Virus record (IMG/VR): IMGVR_UViG_3300048834_000191
Span: 1 to 57,962 of that record
DNA from: a virus
Taxonomy: Duplodnaviria; Caudoviricetes
Reading direction: 5' to 3' (one strand)
DNA: 57,962 bases
This document shows, piece after piece, positions 45,548 to 53,929 of the stretch. Under the pieces are notes generated by a model. That model saw only the letters and a list, made by a program, of their open reading frames with translations. It ran no database searches and was not told the DNA's origin. Numbering within the stretch: position 1 is the first letter of the stretch; the number at the start of each line of letters is the position of its first letter. A program made the position numbers and the translations under genes.

Positions 45548-45790
45548 TCACGCTGTTGGGTCAATACAGTTGTTTATGTTTGCGTTCCCAGGTTCGGGGT
45601 GACGCTTCGAATCTAGTCTAATTAATATTTCTTCTATAACGTCTTGAAGCTCAGCCGATTTTCGTCCGTCAGCCGCCGCCCAAATACTATTGCGAACAAC
45701 GTCAACATCGCCGCCAGCAAGCGATAGCAAATAATAGGAATAATCTTTTGGCCTAAACCAACTCACGCCCTGCCCGCCGGATGAATGCAT
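45548..45790 (-). CDS. Hypothetical protein
   Basis: ORF in late leader region. Confidence 0.45.
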   Translation of the reverse strand: MHSSGGQGVSWFRPKDYSYYLLSLAGGDVDVVRNSIWAAADGRKSAELQDVIEEILIRLDSKRHPEPGNANINNCIDPTA

Positions 45791-45960
45791 TTCAAAAATA
45801 AATCCTTCACCATCGAAAGCACGTTATCTCTCGTCAGAAATGGATTCTTACCCGCCTGATATTCCAATTCTGCATCTGTCCATGAAGCCAGTTTCTTATG
45901 TAACTCTGAGGCTATGTAGATGTTTTCTGGAATAATTACTGGCGGTGGATTAGCCTGCAT
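45763..45960 (-). CDS. Hypothetical protein
   Basis: ORF in late leader region. Confidence 0.45.
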   Translation of the reverse strand: MQANPPPVIIPENIYIASELHKKLASWTDAELEYQAGKNPFLTRDNVLSMVKDLFLKCIHPAGRA

Positions 45961-46209
45961 GTACGCCTACATGGTTTTAGCTTCTCTCGGCAGGACGCTA
46001 GCTAAAAGCTGACCAGATACAATCTGGTGCGCTTGCGAAATGTGCCGTGTCCGGGGTGGGTGTGATCCCAATAATCAATCGGGTCGCGAGCGATAATTTT
46101 CGGCGGGAACAAAGCGAAAATAACGATGAGATTCAGCCCGACATAGCCAGCCAAAAAATATAATCCGCTCATGTAGACTTTCCACGCCGCGAGAGAATTG
46201 GAATTTGAA

Positions 46210-46423
46210 TACCGCAGGCCGGTGCGCTACGTCCGGCTCCCATGATTGAAGATCATCATTAGTCAGCCGCCGCTTGTGCTCGATAGCTAAACGAGCCTTT
46301 GCTAACGGTAGCGACGATCAACTGTCCTCAGCTGCCTCTGGCTTGCCGTGCACAACGCACCAGACTGCATGGGCCTAACTTTCGAATAACTGGCGTTTCT
46401 GCGACTTCAACGCCGCTGCGGTA
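46210..46423 (-). ncRNA. Candidate ~214-nt tRNA-like structured RNA
   Basis: TACCGCAG/CTGCGGTA closing stem, GGCGTT/AACGCC, CCCATG/CATGGG, GCCGG/CCGGC. Confidence 0.6.
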
Positions 46424-46429
46424 ACTGTA

Positions 46430-46503
46430 TTGAGCGCGCCTAAGCCCGTCTCACGATATGGCTTCATCTCCGCAAGCGGAGAATGTTCACGGCCCGCGCT
46501 CAA
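46430..46503 (-). ncRNA. Candidate three-way-junction RNA
   Basis: TTGAGCGCG/CGCGCTCAA, TCTCCGC/GCGGAGA, AAGCC/GGCTT. Confidence 0.5.
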
Positions 46504-46521
46504 ACTCGAATGGGTCAGAAA

Positions 46522-47160
46522 TCAAGCCGCGCATTTTAACTGACTATGCTCGGCAACCTTCCTGCATACCTCGGTAAACAACCTTGGAGGCAAGTCGCCC
46601 TTCATAATATTCACGCATCGCAAAACTAATTGAATATTGTCGTAAGTGTAGTGCCGAGAACTATCAATGCGGTCTAAGCTGGGCCAATAGCGTCTATCTA
46701 TCTCGTCGCCAAGCCTTAATGCGAGTCCAGTAAGAGCACACAACCCTCCCTGTTCGATATGTTTTTCGACTATATCCTGAGGCTTAACAGCCAAGACGAT
46801 CCCGCGCGCTTTAGCCGCGCGCCTGACGCCGCTGTATTTATCTTGCCAATACCCAAGCACACTCGCATCCCATAACGGATGACGCTTAAGAGCCTCTAGC
46901 TTTGTAGACCGGCAGTCTATGCAATCCGGAGAATAAACACACTGGCTAGTGAGCGGACTGGTTGGTCCAATACCGTCCACCGTAAGGTGGATGTGCCCCA
47001 TTAACTCAAAATCATCGGCTCGATAAACAGCGCCGCATGAGATACATTGAAACGCATGGAGGACCGCGCCGATAGACGACTCACTTTGAGTTATGTGAGC
47101 CCGGATATAACCTCGCGAGATTGAGCGGATTACGCGCGTTTTCAACGCTCGCTTGCTCAT
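46522..47160 (-). CDS. His-Me finger (HNH-like) endonuclease with Cys clusters
   Basis: Q.G.CALTG; SLDRIDSS..YT.DNIQLV...N.MK. Confidence 0.75.
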   Translation of the reverse strand: MSKRALKTRVIRSISRGYIRAHITQSESSIGAVLHAFQCISCGAVYRADDFELMGHIHLTVDGIGPTSPLTSQCVYSPDCIDCRSTKLEALKRHPLWDASVLGYWQDKYSGVRRAAKARGIVLAVKPQDIVEKHIEQGGLCALTGLALRLGDEIDRRYWPSLDRIDSSRHYTYDNIQLVLRCVNIMKGDLPPRLFTEVCRKVAEHSQLKCAA

Positions 47161-47233
47161 GGGCGTCTTCGCAATCCACTGAATTTCTTTTTCGGCTTGC
47201 CAAAAATAGGCACTAAAGCCGATGGTAAGTTTT

Positions 47234-47262
47234 CAGTAGGAGGACGGGGGCCCCCAGTCAAG
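47234..47262 (-). promoter_or_regulatory. Putative late promoter (PR'-like)
   Basis: CTTGAC-N17-CTACTG just downstream of the Q-like gene; spacer contains GGGGGCCCCC. Confidence 0.55.
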
Positions 47263-47297
47263 ATGCGATAGAACTTCTCCCCTCCCCTAACTAGAAT

Positions 47298-47960
47298 TTA
47301 ATCCTCGTCAGCGATATGTGGAATCTCGGGCCTATTCATCAACCCAAATACTACCGCTATCGTAGGCAAAACGATTGCCCTAAACGACCAGGCCAAACCC
47401 TTAATATCCTTTGCCCCGAATAACCCTCTTTTAGCAGCAGCGTCTCTCAGCGTTAGACCGGAAGCCAAAACATCAAACGCCAGCTCGTTCATTAACGTGC
47501 CCAGCGCCTTAGCAACGTGAGCAATCTTATTTGCGCTGCGGATTCTATCATCACTATCTAGCTCAGACCTCAACCCGCAGTTTTTCTGCGGCGCAAGATT
47601 GGCCGGGTTCGTAGCCCTTAATGAACCAATCTGGCTTCGCTCGTAACAATCCTGCCATGCCTCGCCAGCCTTATTAAGAATTTCATTTATCTCAGGATCG
47701 GAGTGCAACTGTCCTGCTGCCCACATAGCTGCCAACGGATTGTGCCTTATTGATCGAAATACCCGTACCTTATCGCCGGGATTTTCGCCCCAAGGATCAT
47801 CCACATCGGTGATAGCCACGTTTGCATTTAGTAGTAACGTTTCGGCGCGCCGGTCATGCACCTTGTTTGGTGTTACCGGCTCTTGTCGCCCCGGCTCTTT
47901 CTTCCGCTCTCGCCCCCTATTGTTATTCTGCGCTAGGCGGATTTTGGTGCGTTTGCTCAT
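47298..47960 (-). CDS. Putative late transcription regulator (Q-like, DUF6456-like)
   Basis: Last early gene before the late operon; PL..M...G.L, C-terminal HTH. Confidence 0.55.
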   Translation of the reverse strand: MSKRTKIRLAQNNNRGRERKKEPGRQEPVTPNKVHDRRAETLLLNANVAITDVDDPWGENPGDKVRVFRSIRHNPLAAMWAAGQLHSDPEINEILNKAGEAWQDCYERSQIGSLRATNPANLAPQKNCGLRSELDSDDRIRSANKIAHVAKALGTLMNELAFDVLASGLTLRDAAAKRGLFGAKDIKGLAWSFRAIVLPTIAVVFGLMNRPEIPHIADED

Positions 47961-48195
47961 GCTCGGATTCCTGCGGAAGAATTTTAATTGACCTATGCAA
48001 TCTCGGATGAGAACAAAGATACCCGCGCGCCTCTAACGCATGCACAAGTTCAAATACGCGCCCCTTAGACCGAAGCCCTATGGCATCAGCAATTTCCTGA
48101 TACGAGGGCGACCACCCAAACATGGCGATATAACCGTCTATAAAAGACAGCGCCTGTTGTTGCCTGCGCGTCATTCCAAGTGTGGCGCGCCTCAT
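47923..48195 (-). CDS. Stand-alone LexA-type DNA-binding domain
   Basis: MTRRQQ..L.FI......G.SPSY.EIA..IGL.SK..V...V.ALE.RGYL; no peptidase domain. Confidence 0.85.
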   Translation of the reverse strand: MRRATLGMTRRQQQALSFIDGYIAMFGWSPSYQEIADAIGLRSKGRVFELVHALEARGYLCSHPRLHRSIKILPQESEHEQTHQNPPSAE

Positions 48196-48491
48196 TTTAA
48201 TCCCACCACATCCGGGTGCTTAGCTTTTTTTAACATGGCTACGTGATCGCTGCCCAGATGAACAAAAATTGTCATATCGTCATCTCGACCAAACACCGGA
48301 ACGCCCATTCCCCACGAGTGCTCGCCATAGCAAGAGGCATAGCCATCAATAAACTCGCCGCCCTTAACCAGAATATCGGCCAGCACTGCGGGCACGCCTA
48401 TTTCTTGCAAATAAAAAGAGACAGATTCCACAAATTCACGTGGTGGGATTTCAAGAATGCTTTTCTTGCTCCCTCTTCGTTTGGTTTCCAT
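48192..48491 (-). CDS. Hypothetical protein
   Basis: Coupled ORF. Confidence 0.5.
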   Translation of the reverse strand: METKRRGSKKSILEIPPREFVESVSFYLQEIGVPAVLADILVKGGEFIDGYASCYGEHSWGMGVPVFGRDDDMTIFVHLGSDHVAMLKKAKHPDVVGLK

Positions 48492-48493
48492 AT

Positions 48494-48796
48494 TTATCCC
48501 TCACACAAAATATCCAACAGCTTACCGATAGGAGAACTAGCTGAACCGTCAGGTTCTCGTGTCATTGACTTTCTTAAATTCTTGAATGATGCGCCGTGCT
48601 GTAAAAGCAGAGATAGCAATACGGATTCATCTCTGGCTGCTACGTCGATTTGTGTTCCGTCACGTTGAGCCGCCATAAAACACTCCCCCAGCCTTCCGTC
48701 CGTGTAGAAACCTAAAGTCACCCGATAGCTTATGTTCTCATGCTCAAAGTCGAATGATTCAGCGGGGCGTCTTGAGGGTAAGGGTTCACGGGTCAT
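48494..48796 (-). CDS. TSCPD-domain protein (NrdJ C-terminal-like)
   Basis: RE.LP.RR; G.Y.DGR.GE.F; SL.LQHG. Confidence 0.75.
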   Translation of the reverse strand: MTREPLPSRRPAESFDFEHENISYRVTLGFYTDGRLGECFMAAQRDGTQIDVAARDESVLLSLLLQHGASFKNLRKSMTREPDGSASSPIGKLLDILCEG

Positions 48797-49479
48797 GCGT
48801 TCCTCGAAAACATTGATTCTTGTTTTGCTGGCTTAGGTTTTTCGACAAAGAAATCCGGCTGCTTCAATGCATCGGTAATGCGCTTCTTTGCGATCTCGTA
48901 ATATTTCGGTTCAATCTCTATGCCGATGAACTTGCGCCCAAGATTTACCGCTGCAACCCCTGTAGTTCCGCTACCCATGAATGGGTCAAGGATAGATACC
49001 GCTGGTTCCAGTTGCTCGATTGACCACTTCATTATCTCGACGGGCTTCTGCGTCGGGTGCAGCGCGCCGTCAGTCATTAGCGCGACTCGGTTCAATTCAA
49101 ATATGCGAAGCGCACCGTAATGGCTCGTCCACGCAAGTTCTCCATCAGATTGATTGATGCGCTGACCTTTATCCCAGACCAGCCACTTGCCGGTAGCCGG
49201 TAAAAAATCGGCAAAATAGTTACCGCCCCAAATTAGGTGCTGGTCTGCGGCGGAGAGAATTAGATCAAAAACAGAGCGCTCTGGGCGAGACTTATCCCAC
49301 CCAAGAAACTCGTAGGCCTTTCTGCCGCCGTGCTTACCGCTCGATTGTTTCTGCCCGTCTTTTCCAATCCCATAGGGCGGGTCGGTAACTACGGCATCTA
49401 CCTTCCCAAGCGTAGGGAGAATTTCTCGGCAATCACCGCAATATATCTCGATGCCATCGGCTAGAATTTCGTGTTTCAT
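48793..49479 (-). CDS. DNA amino-methyltransferase (N4C/N6A, beta class)
   Basis: TDPPYG, HPTQKP, LDPFMGSGTT. Confidence 0.92.
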   Translation of the reverse strand: MKHEILADGIEIYCGDCREILPTLGKVDAVVTDPPYGIGKDGQKQSSGKHGGRKAYEFLGWDKSRPERSVFDLILSAADQHLIWGGNYFADFLPATGKWLVWDKGQRINQSDGELAWTSHYGALRIFELNRVALMTDGALHPTQKPVEIMKWSIEQLEPAVSILDPFMGSGTTGVAAVNLGRKFIGIEIEPKYYEIAKKRITDALKQPDFFVEKPKPAKQESMFSRNA

Positions 49480-49832
49480 GCGTTCCGCAGCTCCACGCGA
49501 GCGCCGACGACCTTTCCAGACTGATCCCACATCACATAGCCGCCCTGGCAGAGTGAATCGTCTTCAACGACGCCCTGCCCGACGAGCAAATCCTCTATTC
49601 CCTTGATTAAGTTGAAAACGTCCCTTCTTCGGTTGTCAGGTCTTTGAATCGTGACATCCATGAAGTAGCGGCCGCGAAAGGTGGGGACGCGCTGCTGGTT
49701 CAGTTTCAAACCAGCCTCCATAATCCAGTCTTGATATTCCTTGGTCTTGAATCTCCCGCGCCCATGCTTCGCGTTGTTCGCGTACATGCGGTTTACGGAT
49801 ATGGGCATGGGAAGATGGAAGCTGACGTTCAT
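49476..49832 (-). CDS. rusA: RusA-like Holliday junction resolvase
   Basis: P.SVN.MY; RRD..N..K...D.L......DD. Confidence 0.85.
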   Translation of the reverse strand: MNVSFHLPMPISVNRMYANNAKHGRGRFKTKEYQDWIMEAGLKLNQQRVPTFRGRYFMDVTIQRPDNRRRDVFNLIKGIEDLLVGQGVVEDDSLCQGGYVMWDQSGKVVGARVELRNA

Positions 49833-50377
49833 TCCGGCCTCGCCAGCAATTTGTATTCAGTGTGTTGTGGCGAACCGGGACGCCAAATACACCAGATGCA
49901 ATTTCGGTGCGGCCTTCCTGCGCCGGTGAAATCCAGCCGCCATGTCAGGCCAAGAATCTCTGACGGTGGTCGCGTGTCCCACAGTTCTTGCCGGCACTTC
50001 GCATTCCAGAAGTCGGCCTTAAGAAGCATTGCTATGTGTTCGACGTTCAGCTTGTGAGCGTGAGCAATAAATTCATGCGCGAGATTAAACGGCGGGTTAG
50101 TGACGATTGCTCTGGCTGAATTAAATTCTCGTTCAAGAAAATCACCTGTCTTAGTTCCGATATACCCACGGTCAACCAAGTCCTGCGAAATAACAAAAAA
50201 ACCAGCGTCTTCTAAAATTGCTGATATTGCGCCATCCCCGCAAGCTGGTTCCCAGACTTCATGCGGAAAGGTTTTTATATGCGGCAGGAGTGCAATCGTA
50301 GCCAACGGTGGCGTAGGGTAGAAATCTAATTCTCTGCGCTTGCCGCCGCTCGTGGCTGCTTTCAGTGAAGCACTCAT
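49829..50377 (-). CDS. DNA N6-adenine methyltransferase
   Basis: DFYPTP, WEPACGDG, IVTNPPF. Confidence 0.85.
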   Translation of the reverse strand: MSASLKAATSGGKRRELDFYPTPPLATIALLPHIKTFPHEVWEPACGDGAISAILEDAGFFVISQDLVDRGYIGTKTGDFLEREFNSARAIVTNPPFNLAHEFIAHAHKLNVEHIAMLLKADFWNAKCRQELWDTRPPSEILGLTWRLDFTGAGRPHRNCIWCIWRPGSPQHTEYKLLARPE

Positions 50378-50760
50378 GCAGCAATCTTCCTGCGCTGCAC
50401 AGACACGCGCGCAATGCTCACCTGATGCGGTAGTGACAAACGATAGCCGCTTTCCTTCTCGCAAAGGATTTCAATATCGAGCGGGCGCAATCGGCCACGC
50501 AATTGGTTCACATAAACGCGCACGGTTTCCTTGGCGCTCGGAATTTCATTCTTCCCATACATCTCATGAATCAACCCATGAAGCGGCACGGCATTCGGCC
50601 AAGCTCTCGCTAGGGTTCGGGCAAGCGTCGTCTGCATGTTCGATAAATGAACTGCATCGCCGTTGTAGCTGGCAATATTCCCATCGGAGAAAATAAACAG
50701 CTTCAGCGGATCAACTGCTTGCCCACAGCAAGGACAAATTCCATCCGGCAAATTCTGCAA
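50374..50760 (-). CDS. Winged-helix (OmpR C-terminal-like) DNA-binding protein
   Basis: CPCCG; TVRVYVNQLR.RL......GY.L. Confidence 0.75.
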   Translation of the reverse strand: MQNLPDGICPCCGQAVDPLKLFIFSDGNIASYNGDAVHLSNMQTTLARTLARAWPNAVPLHGLIHEMYGKNEIPSAKETVRVYVNQLRGRLRPLDIEILCEKESGYRLSLPHQVSIARVSVQRRKIAA

Positions 50761-51038
50761 GAATATTCTCCTGAATATTTAGGCTGAGATTTACTCATTC
50801 AGGCTTGCCGAAACTTGTCTAGGGTTCAGGAGAAAAAACCACACCCTGATCGCCAGATATTTTTACTCTCTCCGACAACTGAGACAGCGCACTATTCCTC
50901 GCCATCTCATTCCACCGTTCAGTTTCCCAAAGCGGAGTCTTTTCAAGAAATTCTATGTGCGGCAACGTCACGCTGAGATTGATCGGATAGAACGAGCCGA
51001 ACGGAATGTGCTTGACGATGCGAATAACCGTGGAGGAA

Positions 51039-51326
51039 TTATGCAAGCCAGGGCGACCCGTTTTTGTCACGAATATCGTCCCACCACTTGTCAATAATAT
51101 CTATGCGCACGCCCCAATCCTTCCCCGAAGCGCTAGCCGCATCTTCTGCTAGCTCCATCATTTGCTCCAGGTTCATTATTGTTGCCGCCTCGAATCCAAT
51201 AATCCTTATTTGCTCTCTGATTCTTTCCTCATACGCCCTGTCCGGATTATCTGAATCAATCTCTGCGACCGCCGAATCCAAAAGCGATCCCAGCGACGAA
51301 AGCAATTCTTGCCTGCTTCTGCTCAT
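51039..51326 (-). CDS. Hypothetical protein
   Basis: GGAGG RBS, ATGA overlap. Confidence 0.55.
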   Translation of the reverse strand: MSRSRQELLSSLGSLLDSAVAEIDSDNPDRAYEERIREQIRIIGFEAATIMNLEQMMELAEDAASASGKDWGVRIDIIDKWWDDIRDKNGSPWLA

Positions 51327-52867
51327 AGCGAAGCGCCTCCTGCGGAATAGACTGGTTGCGACATATCAATTTCAGAATATGTTTCGTTGTGAGGGTTGAA
51401 GCGCATAATTAATTGACCACGGCGACCAGTATTCTTGAACCTGACTTTCTTGACATAGACGGTCGTTTCATTGGCCTCCAAATTTGAGCACTCAATAATT
51501 ACACCGTGATCTGGCTTGTTGTACCAATGTGCGCTGCCCTCAACGTCATACAATGTGACTGGGCGATGCTTGCCATCCTTGCCGACTTCCTTGGTCGGGT
51601 GCGCAACTACAATCACGACCACGTTGTAGGATCGGGCAAATCGTTTTAGCTGCCGAATTGCCCTGCCAACATATTCGGTCTGCGATTCATCCTTGCGACG
51701 CCGATGTTCAACCTCGTTCCACGGGTCAACCAGCAAAACATTTATGCCATCCCGAAAGACGGCCTCCGTCGCCTTGTCGAGCACCCAATCCAAATCAATA
51801 TCGTCGTCGTCAGAGCGAGGGTCATAATCAATAAAAACCCAATCCCGCTCAATCCATTTATCGGCGCGCTGAATATCTTCCGCCGTCCATGCCTCGCGCG
51901 TGTGCCCTATAAATCCAGACCGCAATTTGTCCCGCAAATACGGAACCGTAGGGATTTCAAAACTGGCGACACAAATTTTCCAGAGATGCCTTCGCGCCAA
52001 ATTTGCACACAACCCAAGCGCCCATGTGCTTTTCCCGTGGTTCGGAACGCCGGTAATAATCATAAACTCGCCAAGCCACAGCCTTAGGTATTCATCGACC
52101 GAGGCCCACCCCGTGCTAAACGATTTGGGTTCTCCCACTTCCGGGTAATCGGATAGCCGGTAAAGACCCTTAACCGGATACGGCTTTGCGTTCTGGATAA
52201 CGTCCCGCACCGCATCAGCGCCATGCTTGACGCGAACATCATTCAAATCCTTGCAGCCGTCCGGATAGGTGACAAACATGCACCTTCCGGCAGAGAGGCG
52301 GCGAACAATTTCAGAAGCTAAACGCTGGCCAGGCCCATCGTTATCAACCGCGATAATAAATCGCTTAATCCGCTTAAGTTGATTTCGTGAGCGCCATAGA
52401 AATTGAAACTTGCCGCCACTCTTTTCGGCCTCTGGTGATAAAGGTTGCTCGTCTTCTGAATCATCTTCCTTTTCGGGCGGCGCGCCGGCGGGAACAGAAA
52501 CCGTTAGCGGAAACCCGCAATCAATGGCGGTCAGAGCATCAATCTCGCCTTCGCAAATAATTAGAGCGTTGCGGGAATCCTCTAGCAGAGGGTCGTCGAG
52601 AACATCGACATTCCAAAAAATGCTCTGGCTTCCCTTGCGTTGCCACATGCGCTTATGACGCCCGGACTCATCCGGCGCGCGGAACTTCTCGGCGTATTCC
52701 TTGCCGTTTCTGGCAAAGGGAAAAACAATAATCTGACCGCTAGCGTCCGGTACGATTTCGTCGCCGCTTTTCTTAGCGGTAAAGATTCCGAACCTTGCGG
52801 CCGTCTCGGTTTCGATTTTGCGGCTGGTGAAAAACTTTTGTGCCGCTTCGCCAAGCACCTTCGTCAT
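51323..52867 (-). CDS. Primase-helicase (TOPRIM + SF4 helicase, T7 gp4/Twinkle-like)
   Basis: ICEGEIDAL, DNDGPG, KDLND; GVPNHGKST, LVDPWN, VAHP.K. Confidence 0.92.
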   Translation of the reverse strand: MTKVLGEAAQKFFTSRKIETETAARFGIFTAKKSGDEIVPDASGQIIVFPFARNGKEYAEKFRAPDESGRHKRMWQRKGSQSIFWNVDVLDDPLLEDSRNALIICEGEIDALTAIDCGFPLTVSVPAGAPPEKEDDSEDEQPLSPEAEKSGGKFQFLWRSRNQLKRIKRFIIAVDNDGPGQRLASEIVRRLSAGRCMFVTYPDGCKDLNDVRVKHGADAVRDVIQNAKPYPVKGLYRLSDYPEVGEPKSFSTGWASVDEYLRLWLGEFMIITGVPNHGKSTWALGLCANLARRHLWKICVASFEIPTVPYLRDKLRSGFIGHTREAWTAEDIQRADKWIERDWVFIDYDPRSDDDDIDLDWVLDKATEAVFRDGINVLLVDPWNEVEHRRRKDESQTEYVGRAIRQLKRFARSYNVVVIVVAHPTKEVGKDGKHRPVTLYDVEGSAHWYNKPDHGVIIECSNLEANETTVYVKKVRFKNTGRRGQLIMRFNPHNETYSEIDMSQPVYSAGGASL

Positions 52868-53069
52868 AGAATTTCTTTCCCTTCCAGCCGCAGTTGAAGC
52901 AATGCCACATCACAAAATCAGATCGCGCCCACCAGCCAAGGCATGGTTTTTTTCGATTTGCTCTTTGTCTCGCGTGAGAGCATTGCGGACATAAACAAAA
53001 CCCGCTGCTCTGATTTCCTACCCGCGCAACAATTCCTGCGCTTGCCAGTAATTCGCCGGCGGCTTTCAT
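52773..53069 (-). CDS. Primase zinc-binding domain as a separate ORF
   Basis: CPQCSH.R...K.CL...WHCFNCGWKG. Confidence 0.75.
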   Translation of the reverse strand: MKAAGELLASAGIVARVGNQSSGFCLCPQCSHARQRANRKKPCLGWWARSDFVMWHCFNCGWKGKKFYDEGAWRSGTKVFHQPQNRNRDGRKVRNLYR

Positions 53070-53929
53070 AGCTTCGGGTCACCGTAACCGGTTAGCGGTC
53101 GTGCTTTTGCCGCCGCAGACAATTCAGCCGATAACCTCAACCCTGCAGCGGTGTTTTTATTCGACAGCCATGTTGAGGTCGCCACAAACCAATTCTTGCG
53201 GGTCGGATGATCGGTGGGTAGGGTTGAAAGCCAATCATCTCTGGCCGACAGCACGGAATCCAACGGCAAATTTTGATTGGCGTTTTTCCATCGGGAATAG
53301 TTCTCCCGGTTAAGTTTTATTACGGCCCCTTCAAAAATATATTTTGAAGCATTGGCAGCCGCGTTAGCGGCCCTCGCTTCTTCTTTTGGTTTACTGGTTA
53401 AATGGTTTAATGGTTTAATGGTTCTAGTTTGCGTCGCCAGTTCGTCGGTTTGTGCGTCATCGGTTTGTCGGCTGGAGCGTCGCGGGTTCTGATTTTTGTT
53501 GTAGTTGCAAATAGTTATGTGTGTCGCGTCGCGCGTCGGTTTGACATGCAGCATTGCGTCGGTTTGTGCGTCATCAGTTCGTCTGTTTGTGCGTCGCGGG
53601 TTCTGATATTTGTTGTAATTACAAATAGTTATGTGTGTCGCGTCGCGCGTCGGTTTGACATGCAGCATTGCGTCGCTTTTTAGCTTGTTCAGAAACCGCC
53701 TTACACGCGATTCATGCCACCCCCATGCGGTCGCCATAAAACGAATGGAATGGGCAAATTCTCCGCGCTTCAAATCAAATACAACTCGACCGCGCCTAAC
53801 TCTGCGCGCATCCCATGCGGCCTCAAAAATCATCCACTGGAATGCCTCACGCTCGGTAAAAGGCTCGTCGGCAAATATCTGATGGTCGAAAAAGCCCCTT
53901 GATAAGGCTATGTATCCTTTATCACTCAC
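53066..53929 (-). CDS. Replication initiator protein with internal duplication
   Basis: GYI...R...H; L.RG....S.R.MA..WGW...V.RFL; ITICNY..YQ. Confidence 0.8.
   Translation of the reverse strand: MSDKGYIALSRGFFDHQIFADEPFTEREAFQWMIFEAAWDARRVRRGRVVFDLKRGEFAHSIRFMATAWGWHESRVRRFLNKLKSDAMLHVKPTRDATHITICNYNKYQNPRRTNRRTDDAQTDAMLHVKPTRDATHITICNYNKNQNPRRSSRQTDDAQTDELATQTRTIKPLNHLTSKPKEEARAANAAANASKYIFEGAVIKLNRENYSRWKNANQNLPLDSVLSARDDWLSTLPTDHPTRKNWFVATSTWLSNKNTAAGLRLSAELSAAAKARPLTGYGDPKL
53443..53675. repeat. 114-bp imperfect tandem duplication in the likely replication origin
   Basis: Copies start at 53443 and 53557; GTCGGTTTG iteron-like units; (TGGTTTAA)n AT-rich tract at ~53395-53423. Confidence 0.85.

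Noticed and set aside
46430-46503. Hammerhead ribozyme
   Set aside because: Core CUGAUGA and GAAA are absent on both strands
48494-48796. Functional ribonucleotide reductase
   Set aside because: Only a 100-aa TSCPD-like domain; no catalytic subunit present
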